A stretch of DNA of 64,000 nucleotides from an uncultured SAR86 cluster bacterium (GTDB lineage: Bacteria > Pseudomonadota > Gammaproteobacteria > Magnimaribacterales > D2472): contig CACJOM010000001.1 of NCBI GenBank assembly GCA_902595065.1, positions 67,463 to 131,462 on the forward strand, read 5' to 3'. How positions within the stretch are numbered: position 1 is the stretch's first letter; each line of letters opens with the position of its first letter. The notes beneath the pieces were generated by a model, which was not told where the DNA came from, made no database searches, and was given only the letters and a program-made list of their open reading frames with translations. Below, piece by piece: positions 52,614 through 61,692 of this stretch. A program made the translations under genes and the position numbers.

Positions 52614-53750
52614 ATGAACTCAAAAATTTGTGAACTTCTTGATATTGAATTCCCCCTTGTTGCATTTACACACTGTAGAGATGTGGTTGTAGCAGTCTCA
52701 AAAGCTGGAGGATGTGGCGTTTTAGGAGCTGTTGGAATGACCCCTGAGCAGCTGGAGGAAGAGCTGAAGTGGATTGATGAGCATATAGATGGGTTGCCAT
52801 ACGGTGTGGATGTTTTAATCCCTAATAAAATGGCAGATCAAAATCAAAAATTTGATGCTGAGAAATTAACTTCAATGATACCGCAAGAATATGCAGATTT
52901 TAGGGCAGATGTTTTAGAAAAGCATGATATTGAAGCTGATGAATTAAGAACAATTAAACCGGCTGCAACTTACATGGCTGAAAATACTAAGGCAGATGGT
53001 GCAAAAGCTTTGCTGGATGTTGCATTCAGTCACCCAATTAAAATAATTGCAAATGCATTGGGTGTTCCACCTGACTGGATGGTGCAGATGGGAAAAGACA
53101 ATAATGTAAAAGTTGCTGCTCTTTTAGGAACAGCACAACATGCGATCAATCAAGTAAAGGCAGGTGTTGATATTTTGGTTGTTTCAGGCACAGAAGCTGG
53201 CGGACATTGTGGCAGCGTTTCAACCATGGTCTTAATCCCTGAAGTTCATAAAGCTATTCAACCCTATGGCGATGTTCCAATTCTTGCCGCAGGAGGAATC
53301 GCAACTGGAAGACAGATGGCAGCTGCAATGAGCATGGGAGCATCAGGTGCTTGGTGTGGATCTGTATGGTTAACAACTGCTGAGTCTGAAGTGCCGCCCG
53401 TGATTAAAGAGAAAATGGTAGCTGCTACCTCAAGTCAAACAACTAGATCAAGAAGCAGAACAGGAAAGCACTCAAGACAGCTTGTGTCTGAATGGACAAA
53501 AGCATGGGAAGCAGATGGAGCTCCTGAGCCACTTCCATTGCCTCTTCAACCCATGGTGGCTGAACCAGCTTTAGCAAAAGTTAATAAATTAGCAGAAGGT
53601 GGTCATGAAGGCGCAAAAGAACTCTCAACTTACTGGGTTGGTCAAGGCGTTGGGTTAATGAATCAGACAATTTCAGCAAGTGATGTTGTGCAAGAATTCA
53701 AAGAAGACTTCATTGAAGCATACGAGAGATTATCAAGCTTTGTTGAGTAA
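52614..53750 (+). CDS. Nitronate monooxygenase family FMN oxidoreductase
   Basis: AFTHCRDVVVAVSKAGG, GTEAGGH, AAGGI-TG, GAWCGS-WL. Confidence 0.88.
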   Translation: MNSKICELLDIEFPLVAFTHCRDVVVAVSKAGGCGVLGAVGMTPEQLEEELKWIDEHIDGLPYGVDVLIPNKMADQNQKFDAEKLTSMIPQEYADFRADVLEKHDIEADELRTIKPAATYMAENTKADGAKALLDVAFSHPIKIIANALGVPPDWMVQMGKDNNVKVAALLGTAQHAINQVKAGVDILVVSGTEAGGHCGSVSTMVLIPEVHKAIQPYGDVPILAAGGIATGRQMAAAMSMGASGAWCGSVWLTTAESEVPPVIKEKMVAATSSQTTRSRSRTGKHSRQLVSEWTKAWEADGAPEPLPLPLQPMVAEPALAKVNKLAEGGHEGAKELSTYWVGQGVGLMNQTISASDVVQEFKEDFIEAYERLSSFVE

Positions 53751-53777
53751 ATTGTATAGAACACAATTAACACAAGC

Positions 53778-54998
53778 TTGATAACTTTAAAACAAAACTT
53801 AATATCGTATTCTCAAATTTTTCTATGGGGATGCCTTATTTTTTTAACTGCTTCTAATGCTTGGTTTTCAAATAAACTTCACATATCGATCAGCCACTTA
53901 ATTTATTTAAATTTTATTTTGCTATTTATAGTTAATATCAGACTAATTCTTGAATATTTCAAATATCTAATTTCGAACAATATAAAAATACTTGATACAT
54001 ATATTTTTGTAAGTATTTTTATTTACCTTTTTTCAGCAATTAGTTCATATAAGCTAAATTTAGACATAGTTATTTTTGCTTCGATCTATTTTTTGCTGAG
54101 ATCTTGGTCATTACCCTGTTCACGTTCTTTAAATAAAGAAAATATCTTATATGGAGTAATAATTTGCGGTTTGATATCCGCATTTGGAATATTTTTTGGA
54201 ATATTTGAGTATTTTGTTTTGGAGAGCTCATATTTCTTTGAAGCAAAAGACACACCTTCTCTCTTTAAACTTTTTCCTGTTCATCTTGGTGGCTTCTATG
54301 AAAGTTATAACCAAGCAGCTTATATAATAATTGCAGCATTGGGAGTATTAGGATTTGTAAATCTCTCAAAAAATCAAAAATTCTTTTTTGAAATAATTTT
54401 TTGTGTTTCTCTGTTGTTAAGTGGTGCAAAAATTATATTTTTATTCTTTGCTGTTTCTTTGATATTAAAATTATTTGAGCAAAGGAATATTCTATTTACA
54501 AAATCTTTAATTCTATTGGTATCAATTGGCTACTTATTCCTTGCGCACATAGTATTTACTATTGCAAATGAGGTGGTCTTGAATGACAAATATTATAAAG
54601 AACTCATTTTTCAAATTGATGATATCAATATTTACTTAAGTCTATTTTCATGGCTAAAAATTGAAAGTTTTAATTATTTGATAAATTCTATCGAACAGGG
54701 CTTTTCAATAGTTGATTTTAATAATTTCACAGATGGTTATGATCCACATTTTTTACTCGCATCGTTGACTTTTATCGGAGGCATCGTATTCGCATGCCTT
54801 GTCTATATGAGAATACTTTATTCAGCATATATAAATCTAAGGTATAAAATAAAGAATCAAATATTCTTTTCATCTTTAATAATAGTTTTTATTGTTGAGA
54901 CTATTATCTGGGACTCTCATCATTCAATGATTTTCTGGATAGTAATGACGTATAGCTTTGTCTCAAAAAATAAATATGAGATAAAGGATTTAAATTAG
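53778..54998 (+). CDS. AT-rich polytopic membrane protein, weakly O-antigen ligase/polymerase-like (TTG start)
   Basis: About 10-12 hydrophobic segments; YNQAA, LLSGAK and DPHF...GG fall where Wzy_C proteins carry N--A, LT-SR and H-N...G-G. Confidence 0.55.
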   Translation: MITLKQNLISYSQIFLWGCLIFLTASNAWFSNKLHISISHLIYLNFILLFIVNIRLILEYFKYLISNNIKILDTYIFVSIFIYLFSAISSYKLNLDIVIFASIYFLLRSWSLPCSRSLNKENILYGVIICGLISAFGIFFGIFEYFVLESSYFFEAKDTPSLFKLFPVHLGGFYESYNQAAYIIIAALGVLGFVNLSKNQKFFFEIIFCVSLLLSGAKIIFLFFAVSLILKLFEQRNILFTKSLILLVSIGYLFLAHIVFTIANEVVLNDKYYKELIFQIDDINIYLSLFSWLKIESFNYLINSIEQGFSIVDFNNFTDGYDPHFLLASLTFIGGIVFACLVYMRILYSAYINLRYKIKNQIFFSSLIIVFIVETIIWDSHHSMIFWIVMTYSFVSKNKYEIKDLN

Positions 54999-55019
54999 GT
55001 GGAATGTATCAACAATTAA

Positions 55020-55643
55020 TCATTGAGTTTCTGAATATCGAATAGAGGTTGCTCTTTTAAATCCATCTCTATCAAACAGCATATCCGTCCAACGTTTGAT
55101 ATTAGGCTTAAACGCTTCCTCTATTTGAAGTGACTTAGCTAAATATATTGCATAACTCACACATATATCTGCAATGGTAAATCTATTTGAACACAAGTAT
55201 TCTCTTGATTCCAAAGTCAGCTCAAGCAACTTTAATCTCGCAACAAACCATCTTCGATATCCCTCTGCTGCTTTATCGGCAACACCTATCTCTTGAAGGG
55301 TATATCTAAGTACTACAGTTTGAGGAAAGGTTAATGTCGCATCAGAGTGAGCAAGCCAATTTAAATAATGATGATAGTCAGCTTCATCACTGTTAACACG
55401 CAAGTCTGTGGGGCCATATTTTTCCACTAGATATTGGCACATTGCAACTGATTCTGTCATTTCTACCTCGCCATCAATAAGGTACGGGATAGTGCCAAGA
55501 ATATTTATATCCATGTATTCCTTGTGCAAAAACCTTGGTGGGAATGGCATCATTTCAGTCTCATAACTTAACTCCATTTCCTCTGCAGTCCACATTGGCC
55601 TAACGCCTCTAGAATCATTACAGCTATAAATTTTGATGCTCAT
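55020..55643 (-). CDS. Glutathione S-transferase family protein
   Basis: SRGVRPMW, G-IPYL-DG, ESVAM--YL, FTIADI. Confidence 0.93.
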   Translation of the reverse strand: MSIKIYSCNDSRGVRPMWTAEEMELSYETEMMPFPPRFLHKEYMDINILGTIPYLIDGEVEMTESVAMCQYLVEKYGPTDLRVNSDEADYHHYLNWLAHSDATLTFPQTVVLRYTLQEIGVADKAAEGYRRWFVARLKLLELTLESREYLCSNRFTIADICVSYAIYLAKSLQIEEAFKPNIKRWTDMLFDRDGFKRATSIRYSETQ

Positions 55644-55693
55644 TATTTTGCCCTCATAAAGAAAACCACAATTTTTAAAATTAATTTCAAAAA

Positions 55694-55721
55694 TGGTAAT
55701 TATTTGTTTATTATATTACCA
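55694..55721. promoter_or_regulatory. Inverted-repeat motif copy 3 (TGGTAAT-N14-ATTACCA)
   Basis: Perfect 7-bp arms in the divergent gap between GST and the carboxylase operon. Confidence 0.6.
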
Positions 55722-55741
55722 CTCAATTTTATTAAATAAAA

Positions 55742-57400
55742 ATGCTTAGAAAAAACATAGCTCCCGAAATTAAAACAAATATTGACATCAATTCTGATGA
55801 ATTTATTCATAATAAAAATGTGATGTTAAAGAAAATAAATTTTCTTGATGAGCTTTTAGATAAGGCTGAATTGGGAGGCGGTGCCTATCATCACGAAAGA
55901 TTAGCAAAGCGAGGCAAAATGCCTGTAAGGGAAAGGGTCTTTAATTTACTTGATCCTGATACACCCTTCCTCGAGATTGCTCCATTTGCTGCATATGGAA
56001 CAGACTTTACTGTTGGAGGCGGATGTGTAGCTGGAATTGGAATTGTTGCTGGCACTGAATGTGTAATCTTTGCTAACGATCCTTCAGTTTTAGCTGGCGC
56101 TATGACGGTTTATGTTGGAGAAAAATGGAACAGGGCAATGGAAATCGCTAGAGATAATCGTCTTCCGTATATTAATTTTGTTGAATCTGCAGGAGGAGAT
56201 CTGAGAATGGGTACTGGCAAGAAAGGAGATCAACCCTCAATCGCACCCACCATAGGTCATACTCATTTTGCAGCAACTGGAAGATATTTTTATGATCTAA
56301 CAGAACTTTCTAAAATGTGTATACCAGTAATATCAATTGTTTTCGGCTCATCAACTGCCGGTGGTGCATATCAACCAGGTATGTCAGATTACAATATCTT
56401 TGTTAAAGATCAAGCCAAAGTATTCCTTGCAGGACCTCCTTTAGTCAAAATGGCGACTGGTGAAGTGTCAGATGATGAGACCTTAGGTGGCGCAAAGATG
56501 CATTCCGAAGTTTCAGGCCTTTCAGATTTTTTAGCTGAAGATGAAATGGATGCCTTGAGATTATGTAGAAATGTTGTATCACATTTACACTGGATAAAAG
56601 AAGGCCCTTCTCCTCTCCCTGATGCTGACAGCCCAAGTTTATCTCAAGAAGAATTATTAGGTCTTGTTGATGAAGAGCTTAAAAGTCCGCTTGATATTAG
56701 GGAAGTGATTGGTCGAATTGTTGATGGATCTAGGTTTGAAGAGTATAAGCCGCTATATGGCAAGACTATGGTTTGTGGATGGTCAATGCTTCATGGATAT
56801 CCAATAGGCATATTAGGAAATAATGGGCCCATCTACCCAGAAAGTGCGGAAAAAGCTGCAACCTTTATCCAATTATGCAATAAACGAAACATTCCATTAA
56901 TTTTTCTTCAAAATGTCACAGGGTTTTTGGTTGGAAAGGATTTTGAGAGACAAGCTATTATCAAAAAAGGGTCTCAGCTTATTAATGCAGTGTCTAACTC
57001 TAATGTTCCTCATATCACAATTATTATTGGGGCATCATTTGGTGCAGGTACATACGCTATGTCAGGGAGAGCATATAACAATAGATTCACCTTCCTCTGG
57101 CCAACAGCAAAAATTGCTGTTATGGGTTCTAAGCAGATTGCTGGAGTAATGTCTATTGTGCGAAGAGGTCAAGCCGCAAGAAAAGGTGAAAAATTTGATG
57201 AGAAACAAGATGCTGAAATCGTAAAGATGGTTGAACAAATGTCAGACCAGATGTCTGAGGGTCTGGTTGCAAGCAGTATGGTTACTGATGATGGCATCAT
57301 TGACCCAAGAGATACAAGAAGTGTAATTGGATTTTGCCTATCTATAGTTTCTAACTCTTCAATTAATGGAGCTAAAGAATATGGAGTATTTAGATTATGA
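55742..57400 (+). CDS. Acyl-CoA carboxylase carboxyltransferase subunit (AtuC/AccD2-like)
   Basis: RERV--LLD, VESAGGDL, GSSTAGGAY-PGMSD, FLAGPPLVKMATGE, DDGIIDPRDTR. Confidence 0.9.
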   Translation: MLRKNIAPEIKTNIDINSDEFIHNKNVMLKKINFLDELLDKAELGGGAYHHERLAKRGKMPVRERVFNLLDPDTPFLEIAPFAAYGTDFTVGGGCVAGIGIVAGTECVIFANDPSVLAGAMTVYVGEKWNRAMEIARDNRLPYINFVESAGGDLRMGTGKKGDQPSIAPTIGHTHFAATGRYFYDLTELSKMCIPVISIVFGSSTAGGAYQPGMSDYNIFVKDQAKVFLAGPPLVKMATGEVSDDETLGGAKMHSEVSGLSDFLAEDEMDALRLCRNVVSHLHWIKEGPSPLPDADSPSLSQEELLGLVDEELKSPLDIREVIGRIVDGSRFEEYKPLYGKTMVCGWSMLHGYPIGILGNNGPIYPESAEKAATFIQLCNKRNIPLIFLQNVTGFLVGKDFERQAIIKKGSQLINAVSNSNVPHITIIIGASFGAGTYAMSGRAYNNRFTFLWPTAKIAVMGSKQIAGVMSIVRRGQAARKGEKFDEKQDAEIVKMVEQMSDQMSEGLVASSMVTDDGIIDPRDTRSVIGFCLSIVSNSSINGAKEYGVFRL

Positions 57401-59316
57401 GATTTAATTCAATTCTTGTTGCTAATCGTGGAGAGATTGCTTGTCGAATCATGCAAACCGCTCAATTTATGGGTATTAAATGTGTAGCTGTTTTTGTTGA
57501 TGCTGATAGGGATGCTCCATTTGTAAAGATGGCTGATGAAGCTATAAAGTTATCTTCTAGCTATATGGATGGCTCTGCCATTATTGATGCAGCTAAACAA
57601 TCTGGAGCAGAAGCAATCCATCCAGGATATGGTTTTTTATCTGAAAATGCAGCCTTTGCTAGAAAAGTTAAAAGCAATAAATTAATTTGGATCGGCCCAT
57701 CCCCCCATGTAATCAAAGTGATGGGTGATAAATTAAAAGCTAAAGAAATAGCAGAAAAATCTGGGGTTCCCACCCTGCCAATGACCTCAAATACCAAAGA
57801 TGTTAAAAGTATTGGCTACCCGATCTTGATCAAAGCTGCCGCTGGAGGTGGTGGTAAAGGAATGCGAATTGTTGAAAAAGAAAGTGAGTTAAAAGATTCA
57901 ATCGTAAGTGCCAAAAGAGAAGCTCTTTCAGGTTTTGGTGATGACAGAATTTTTATAGAAAGATATGTAGAAAAATCACGTCATATTGAAATACAAATCT
58001 TAGGTGATGAACATGGCAATGTTGTTCATTTAGGAGAACGTGAATGCTCCATACAAAGAAGGCATCAAAAAATTATTGAGGAGTCGCCTTCCCCAAGAAT
58101 TGATCCCTTCTTAAGGGAGGAGATGGGTCAAGCAGCTATTAAGTTAGCTAAAAAAATTAAATACTGCTCTGCAGGAACTGTTGAATTTTTGTTTGATGAT
58201 AAAACAGATGAATTCTGGTTTTTAGAGGTAAATACTAGACTGCAAGTTGAGCACCCAGTTACAGAAGAAGTTACAGGAATAGATTTGGTTGCTGAGCAAA
58301 TCAAGATAGCGAGAGGAGATGAGCTTGAGTTTGCCCAAGATGATATTGACTGGCATGGACATGCAATTGAAGCAAGATTGTATGCTGAGGATCCTGGAAA
58401 TAACTTTTTACCTGAAATTGGAACCCTACACGCATATGATACTAGCCTAGCTTCAGAGGTAAGATGGGATTCAGGCGTGGAAGAAGGTAGTGTTATTGGA
58501 ACAGATTTTGATCCCATGTTGTCTAAAGTTATTTCTTGGGCTCCTAATAGAATTGATGCCGCAAATAAACTGGCACGCGGACTTGAAAAAGTTCACATGG
58601 GAGGTGTGGTAACAAATCGTCAATTTTTAATTTCTTGCTTAAGAAATGAAAGTTTCTTAAACGGAAATTCAACAACAGACTTTGTTGAGCGTGAAGCTTT
58701 AGAAACGAAAAAAAATCTTTCTGTAAATGAACTTCATCAAACATCGACAGCAATTGCTTTATGGCTAGCGCAAAAAAATAGAGTCTCTGACCCTGTTACA
58801 GGTTTTATGCCTGGAAACTGGAGCAATGGAAGAATGCCGCTTCAAAGGGTTAAGTTACTTTTTGTGCAAGATGAGATCGAAGTAAAGTATAAATTAAATA
58901 AAGATAATTTTTATGAAGTTATGGGCTCCATTTGTAAAATTTACCATTGCGATAGTTTTGGCATTGATATACAGATAGACTCTCACAGATTTTATGCTCA
59001 CATAACTGAGGCAGGCAGTGAGATCGTCATAAATATGCCATTTGGAGACGTTAATGCATCTGTTCTACCTAGGTTTATAGAACCAGGTAATGACATCCCT
59101 GAGGGGGGATTGATAGCTCCAATGCCTGGAAAAGTTATTGATGTGAAAGTCAAAAAAGGCAGTAAAGTAAAAGCTGGTGATACTTTGGTAATTATTGAGG
59201 CTATGAAAATGGAGCATTCAATTAAAGCAACTGAGACAGGCAAGATAGCCAAAGTAATGATTCAACTGAATGATCAAGTTGATAACGGTGCTACCCTTCT
59301 CGTTCTTGAACAATAA
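57397..59316 (+). CDS. Biotin carboxylase / biotin carrier subunit (AtuF/AccA2-like)
   Basis: ANRGEIA, HPGYGFLSEN, GGGGKGMR, RECSIQRRHQK, EVNTRLQVEHPVTE, EAMKM. Confidence 0.93.
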   Translation: MRFNSILVANRGEIACRIMQTAQFMGIKCVAVFVDADRDAPFVKMADEAIKLSSSYMDGSAIIDAAKQSGAEAIHPGYGFLSENAAFARKVKSNKLIWIGPSPHVIKVMGDKLKAKEIAEKSGVPTLPMTSNTKDVKSIGYPILIKAAAGGGGKGMRIVEKESELKDSIVSAKREALSGFGDDRIFIERYVEKSRHIEIQILGDEHGNVVHLGERECSIQRRHQKIIEESPSPRIDPFLREEMGQAAIKLAKKIKYCSAGTVEFLFDDKTDEFWFLEVNTRLQVEHPVTEEVTGIDLVAEQIKIARGDELEFAQDDIDWHGHAIEARLYAEDPGNNFLPEIGTLHAYDTSLASEVRWDSGVEEGSVIGTDFDPMLSKVISWAPNRIDAANKLARGLEKVHMGGVVTNRQFLISCLRNESFLNGNSTTDFVEREALETKKNLSVNELHQTSTAIALWLAQKNRVSDPVTGFMPGNWSNGRMPLQRVKLLFVQDEIEVKYKLNKDNFYEVMGSICKIYHCDSFGIDIQIDSHRFYAHITEAGSEIVINMPFGDVNASVLPRFIEPGNDIPEGGLIAPMPGKVIDVKVKKGSKVKAGDTLVIIEAMKMEHSIKATETGKIAKVMIQLNDQVDNGATLLVLEQ

Positions 59317-59317
59317 T

Positions 59318-59920
59318 ATGAAATCTCACGCTGTCCTTTCAAAACAGTCGCCTCAACTTGGAAAGCGTCATCTTGAGGTTATGGACGAACTAGAAAGCAT
59401 GCTTGATAAAGGAAAATCATTTTCAACAATGTCTGATCTAGCAAAACAGTTGAAAATTTCACTAAGAACTCTATATGAAATTGCACCAAGCAAAGAGGAA
59501 TTAATAGTAACAACAGTTGATAGGGTACTAAAAAAACACGGCAAGATAGCTATAGATGCAATGAATGCTCATTCATCTCCAATAAAAAAATTAGAAAGTT
59601 TTTTGACTGTCGCTAATCAAGCAGTTGGGCCAAGATTTGAAAGATTCACGCTATCTCTTAGTAGTTTAAATTCATCTAAGGCAATGGTGGACTATCATGA
59701 ACAATACATAACTGACCTAATAAAAAATCTTTTAGATGAAGCAAGAATTAAAAATGAGATCAAAGAGATTGATACTCAGGCAACTGCATTACTTTTGGGA
59801 GGTCTGGGAAGATATTTTCAATCTAAGAAACTCTTGAAAGATTTACACCAAACTCCTGAAGAAACTAGTAATTTTTTAACAAAAATCATTATTGATGGCA
59901 TCAAAATGGAGAAATCTTGA
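59318..59920 (+). CDS. TetR/AcrR family transcriptional regulator (start ATG 59318)
   Basis: HTH TMSDLAKQLKISLRTLYEIAPSKEEL and a helical C-terminal domain. Confidence 0.85.
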   Translation: MKSHAVLSKQSPQLGKRHLEVMDELESMLDKGKSFSTMSDLAKQLKISLRTLYEIAPSKEELIVTTVDRVLKKHGKIAIDAMNAHSSPIKKLESFLTVANQAVGPRFERFTLSLSSLNSSKAMVDYHEQYITDLIKNLLDEARIKNEIKEIDTQATALLLGGLGRYFQSKKLLKDLHQTPEETSNFLTKIIIDGIKMEKS

Positions 59921-61692
59921 GCGAAGAAATTATAAGAATTGCAAATTGTAGCGGCTATTACGGAGATAAATTATCTGCTGCTAAAGAGATGGTGGATGGA
60001 GGACCTATAGATGTACTGACTGGAGACTATTTAGCAGAACTCACCATGACAATTCTTTTTAATCAAAGGATGCAGCGCGGAGAGGATAAGGGATACGTGG
60101 GTACTTTTCTTAAGCAAGTGAAAGCAGTAGCTAAGTCATGCAAAGAGCAAAATATTAAAATTGTTACAAATGCGGGTGGCTTGAACCCCTCTTCTATGGC
60201 TAATGAAATAGAGAAAATCTTAGATGAGCTAAATATTTCTCTCAAAGTTGCTTACATAACTGGCGATGATTTAATGCCAAGAATGGACTCCTTAAAAAAT
60301 GAAGGAGAATCATTTCTTAACATTGATAAAAATATTCCGATTGATAAATCAGGATGTCAAACACTCACAGCAAATGCTTATCTTGGAGCCTGGGGAATTA
60401 AAGAGGCACTGGATGAAGGCGCTGATATTGTCGTATGCCCAAGGGTGACGGATGCTGCAGTTGTCATTGGTCCAGCAGCATGGAAATTTAATTGGAAGAG
60501 AGATGATTATGATGCATTGGCTGGTGCATTAGCAGCTGGGCATATCATTGAATGTGGTTGCCAAGCAACTGGTGGAAACTATTCTTTTTTTAAAGAGGTG
60601 CCAAGCTTTGACAATGTGGGCTATCCAATAGCTGAAATCAAAAACGATGGAAGTTTTTACATTACCAAGCATCCTGGTACTGGCGGCTTGGTATCTACTG
60701 GAACTGTAACTGCGCAGCTTTTGTATGAAATTAGTGCTCCCGCATACTTAAACCCAGATGTCATAGCTCATTTTGATACCTTGAATATTGAGGAAGTTTC
60801 TAAAGACAGAGTCTATGTATCTGGATGTAGAGGAAGCTCTCCAACAAATACTCACAAAGTCTGTATTAATCTTGCTGGTGGTTATAGAAATGGCATGGAA
60901 TTTATTCTTACGGGCTTAGATATTGAAGAAAAAGCTCAAATTATTACTAATGCGTTATTTAACTCTGTTGGAGGCAAAGAACAATTTGATGAAGTTTCAA
61001 TTTTATTAGATAGAACAGACAAAAAAGATCCAAATTCTAATGAAGAAGCCATGGCCTCTTTGAGGATTTCGGTGAAATCAAAAGATCCGGATTTGGTTGG
61101 CAGAATGTTTACAGCAAAGATGATAGAACTAGCTTTAGCCAATTATCCAGGATTTTTTACTGGAGGCGGAGTAAGGTCTGGGGGACCTGTCTTAGTCTAC
61201 TGGCCAGCTTTAATAGATAGCAAGCACATCAAAGAGACTGTTCATATTGATGGCAAAGAAATTGATGTCATACCAACCAATCAATTGGATTTAGAAGAAA
61301 CTTATTATCAAAAACAACCAATTGAAATACCCCCTCCTCCATCAGGTGAAACTCTTAACAAACCCCTAGGAGAACTTTTTGGAGCTAGGTCAGGAGACAA
61401 AGGCGGTTGTGCAAATATCGGTGTATGGGCAAAAAGTGAAAATGCATTCTCTTTTTTAAATAATTTTCTAACAGTCGAAAAAATCAAAGAATTGATGCCT
61501 GACTTAAGAGAATTTGAAATAGACAGATATGAGCTACCAAATATACTTTCACTCAATTTTTATATCCATGACATATTAGAAGATGGAGTTTCTTCTAATA
61601 CCAGGAAAGATGGTCAAGCTAAATCTCTCGGGGAATACTTAAGAGCTAAGTATGCGGATATCCCTAAATCTTTATTTGAGGAAAACATATGA
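59917..61692 (+). CDS. Acyclic terpene utilization AtuA family protein (DUF1446)
   Basis: RIANCSGYYGD, DYLAELTM, NAGGLNP, GRVTDAA-like PRVTDAA, GHIIECG-QATGGN, ARSGDKGG. Confidence 0.9.
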   Translation: MSEEIIRIANCSGYYGDKLSAAKEMVDGGPIDVLTGDYLAELTMTILFNQRMQRGEDKGYVGTFLKQVKAVAKSCKEQNIKIVTNAGGLNPSSMANEIEKILDELNISLKVAYITGDDLMPRMDSLKNEGESFLNIDKNIPIDKSGCQTLTANAYLGAWGIKEALDEGADIVVCPRVTDAAVVIGPAAWKFNWKRDDYDALAGALAAGHIIECGCQATGGNYSFFKEVPSFDNVGYPIAEIKNDGSFYITKHPGTGGLVSTGTVTAQLLYEISAPAYLNPDVIAHFDTLNIEEVSKDRVYVSGCRGSSPTNTHKVCINLAGGYRNGMEFILTGLDIEEKAQIITNALFNSVGGKEQFDEVSILLDRTDKKDPNSNEEAMASLRISVKSKDPDLVGRMFTAKMIELALANYPGFFTGGGVRSGGPVLVYWPALIDSKHIKETVHIDGKEIDVIPTNQLDLEETYYQKQPIEIPPPPSGETLNKPLGELFGARSGDKGGCANIGVWAKSENAFSFLNNFLTVEKIKELMPDLREFEIDRYELPNILSLNFYIHDILEDGVSSNTRKDGQAKSLGEYLRAKYADIPKSLFEENI

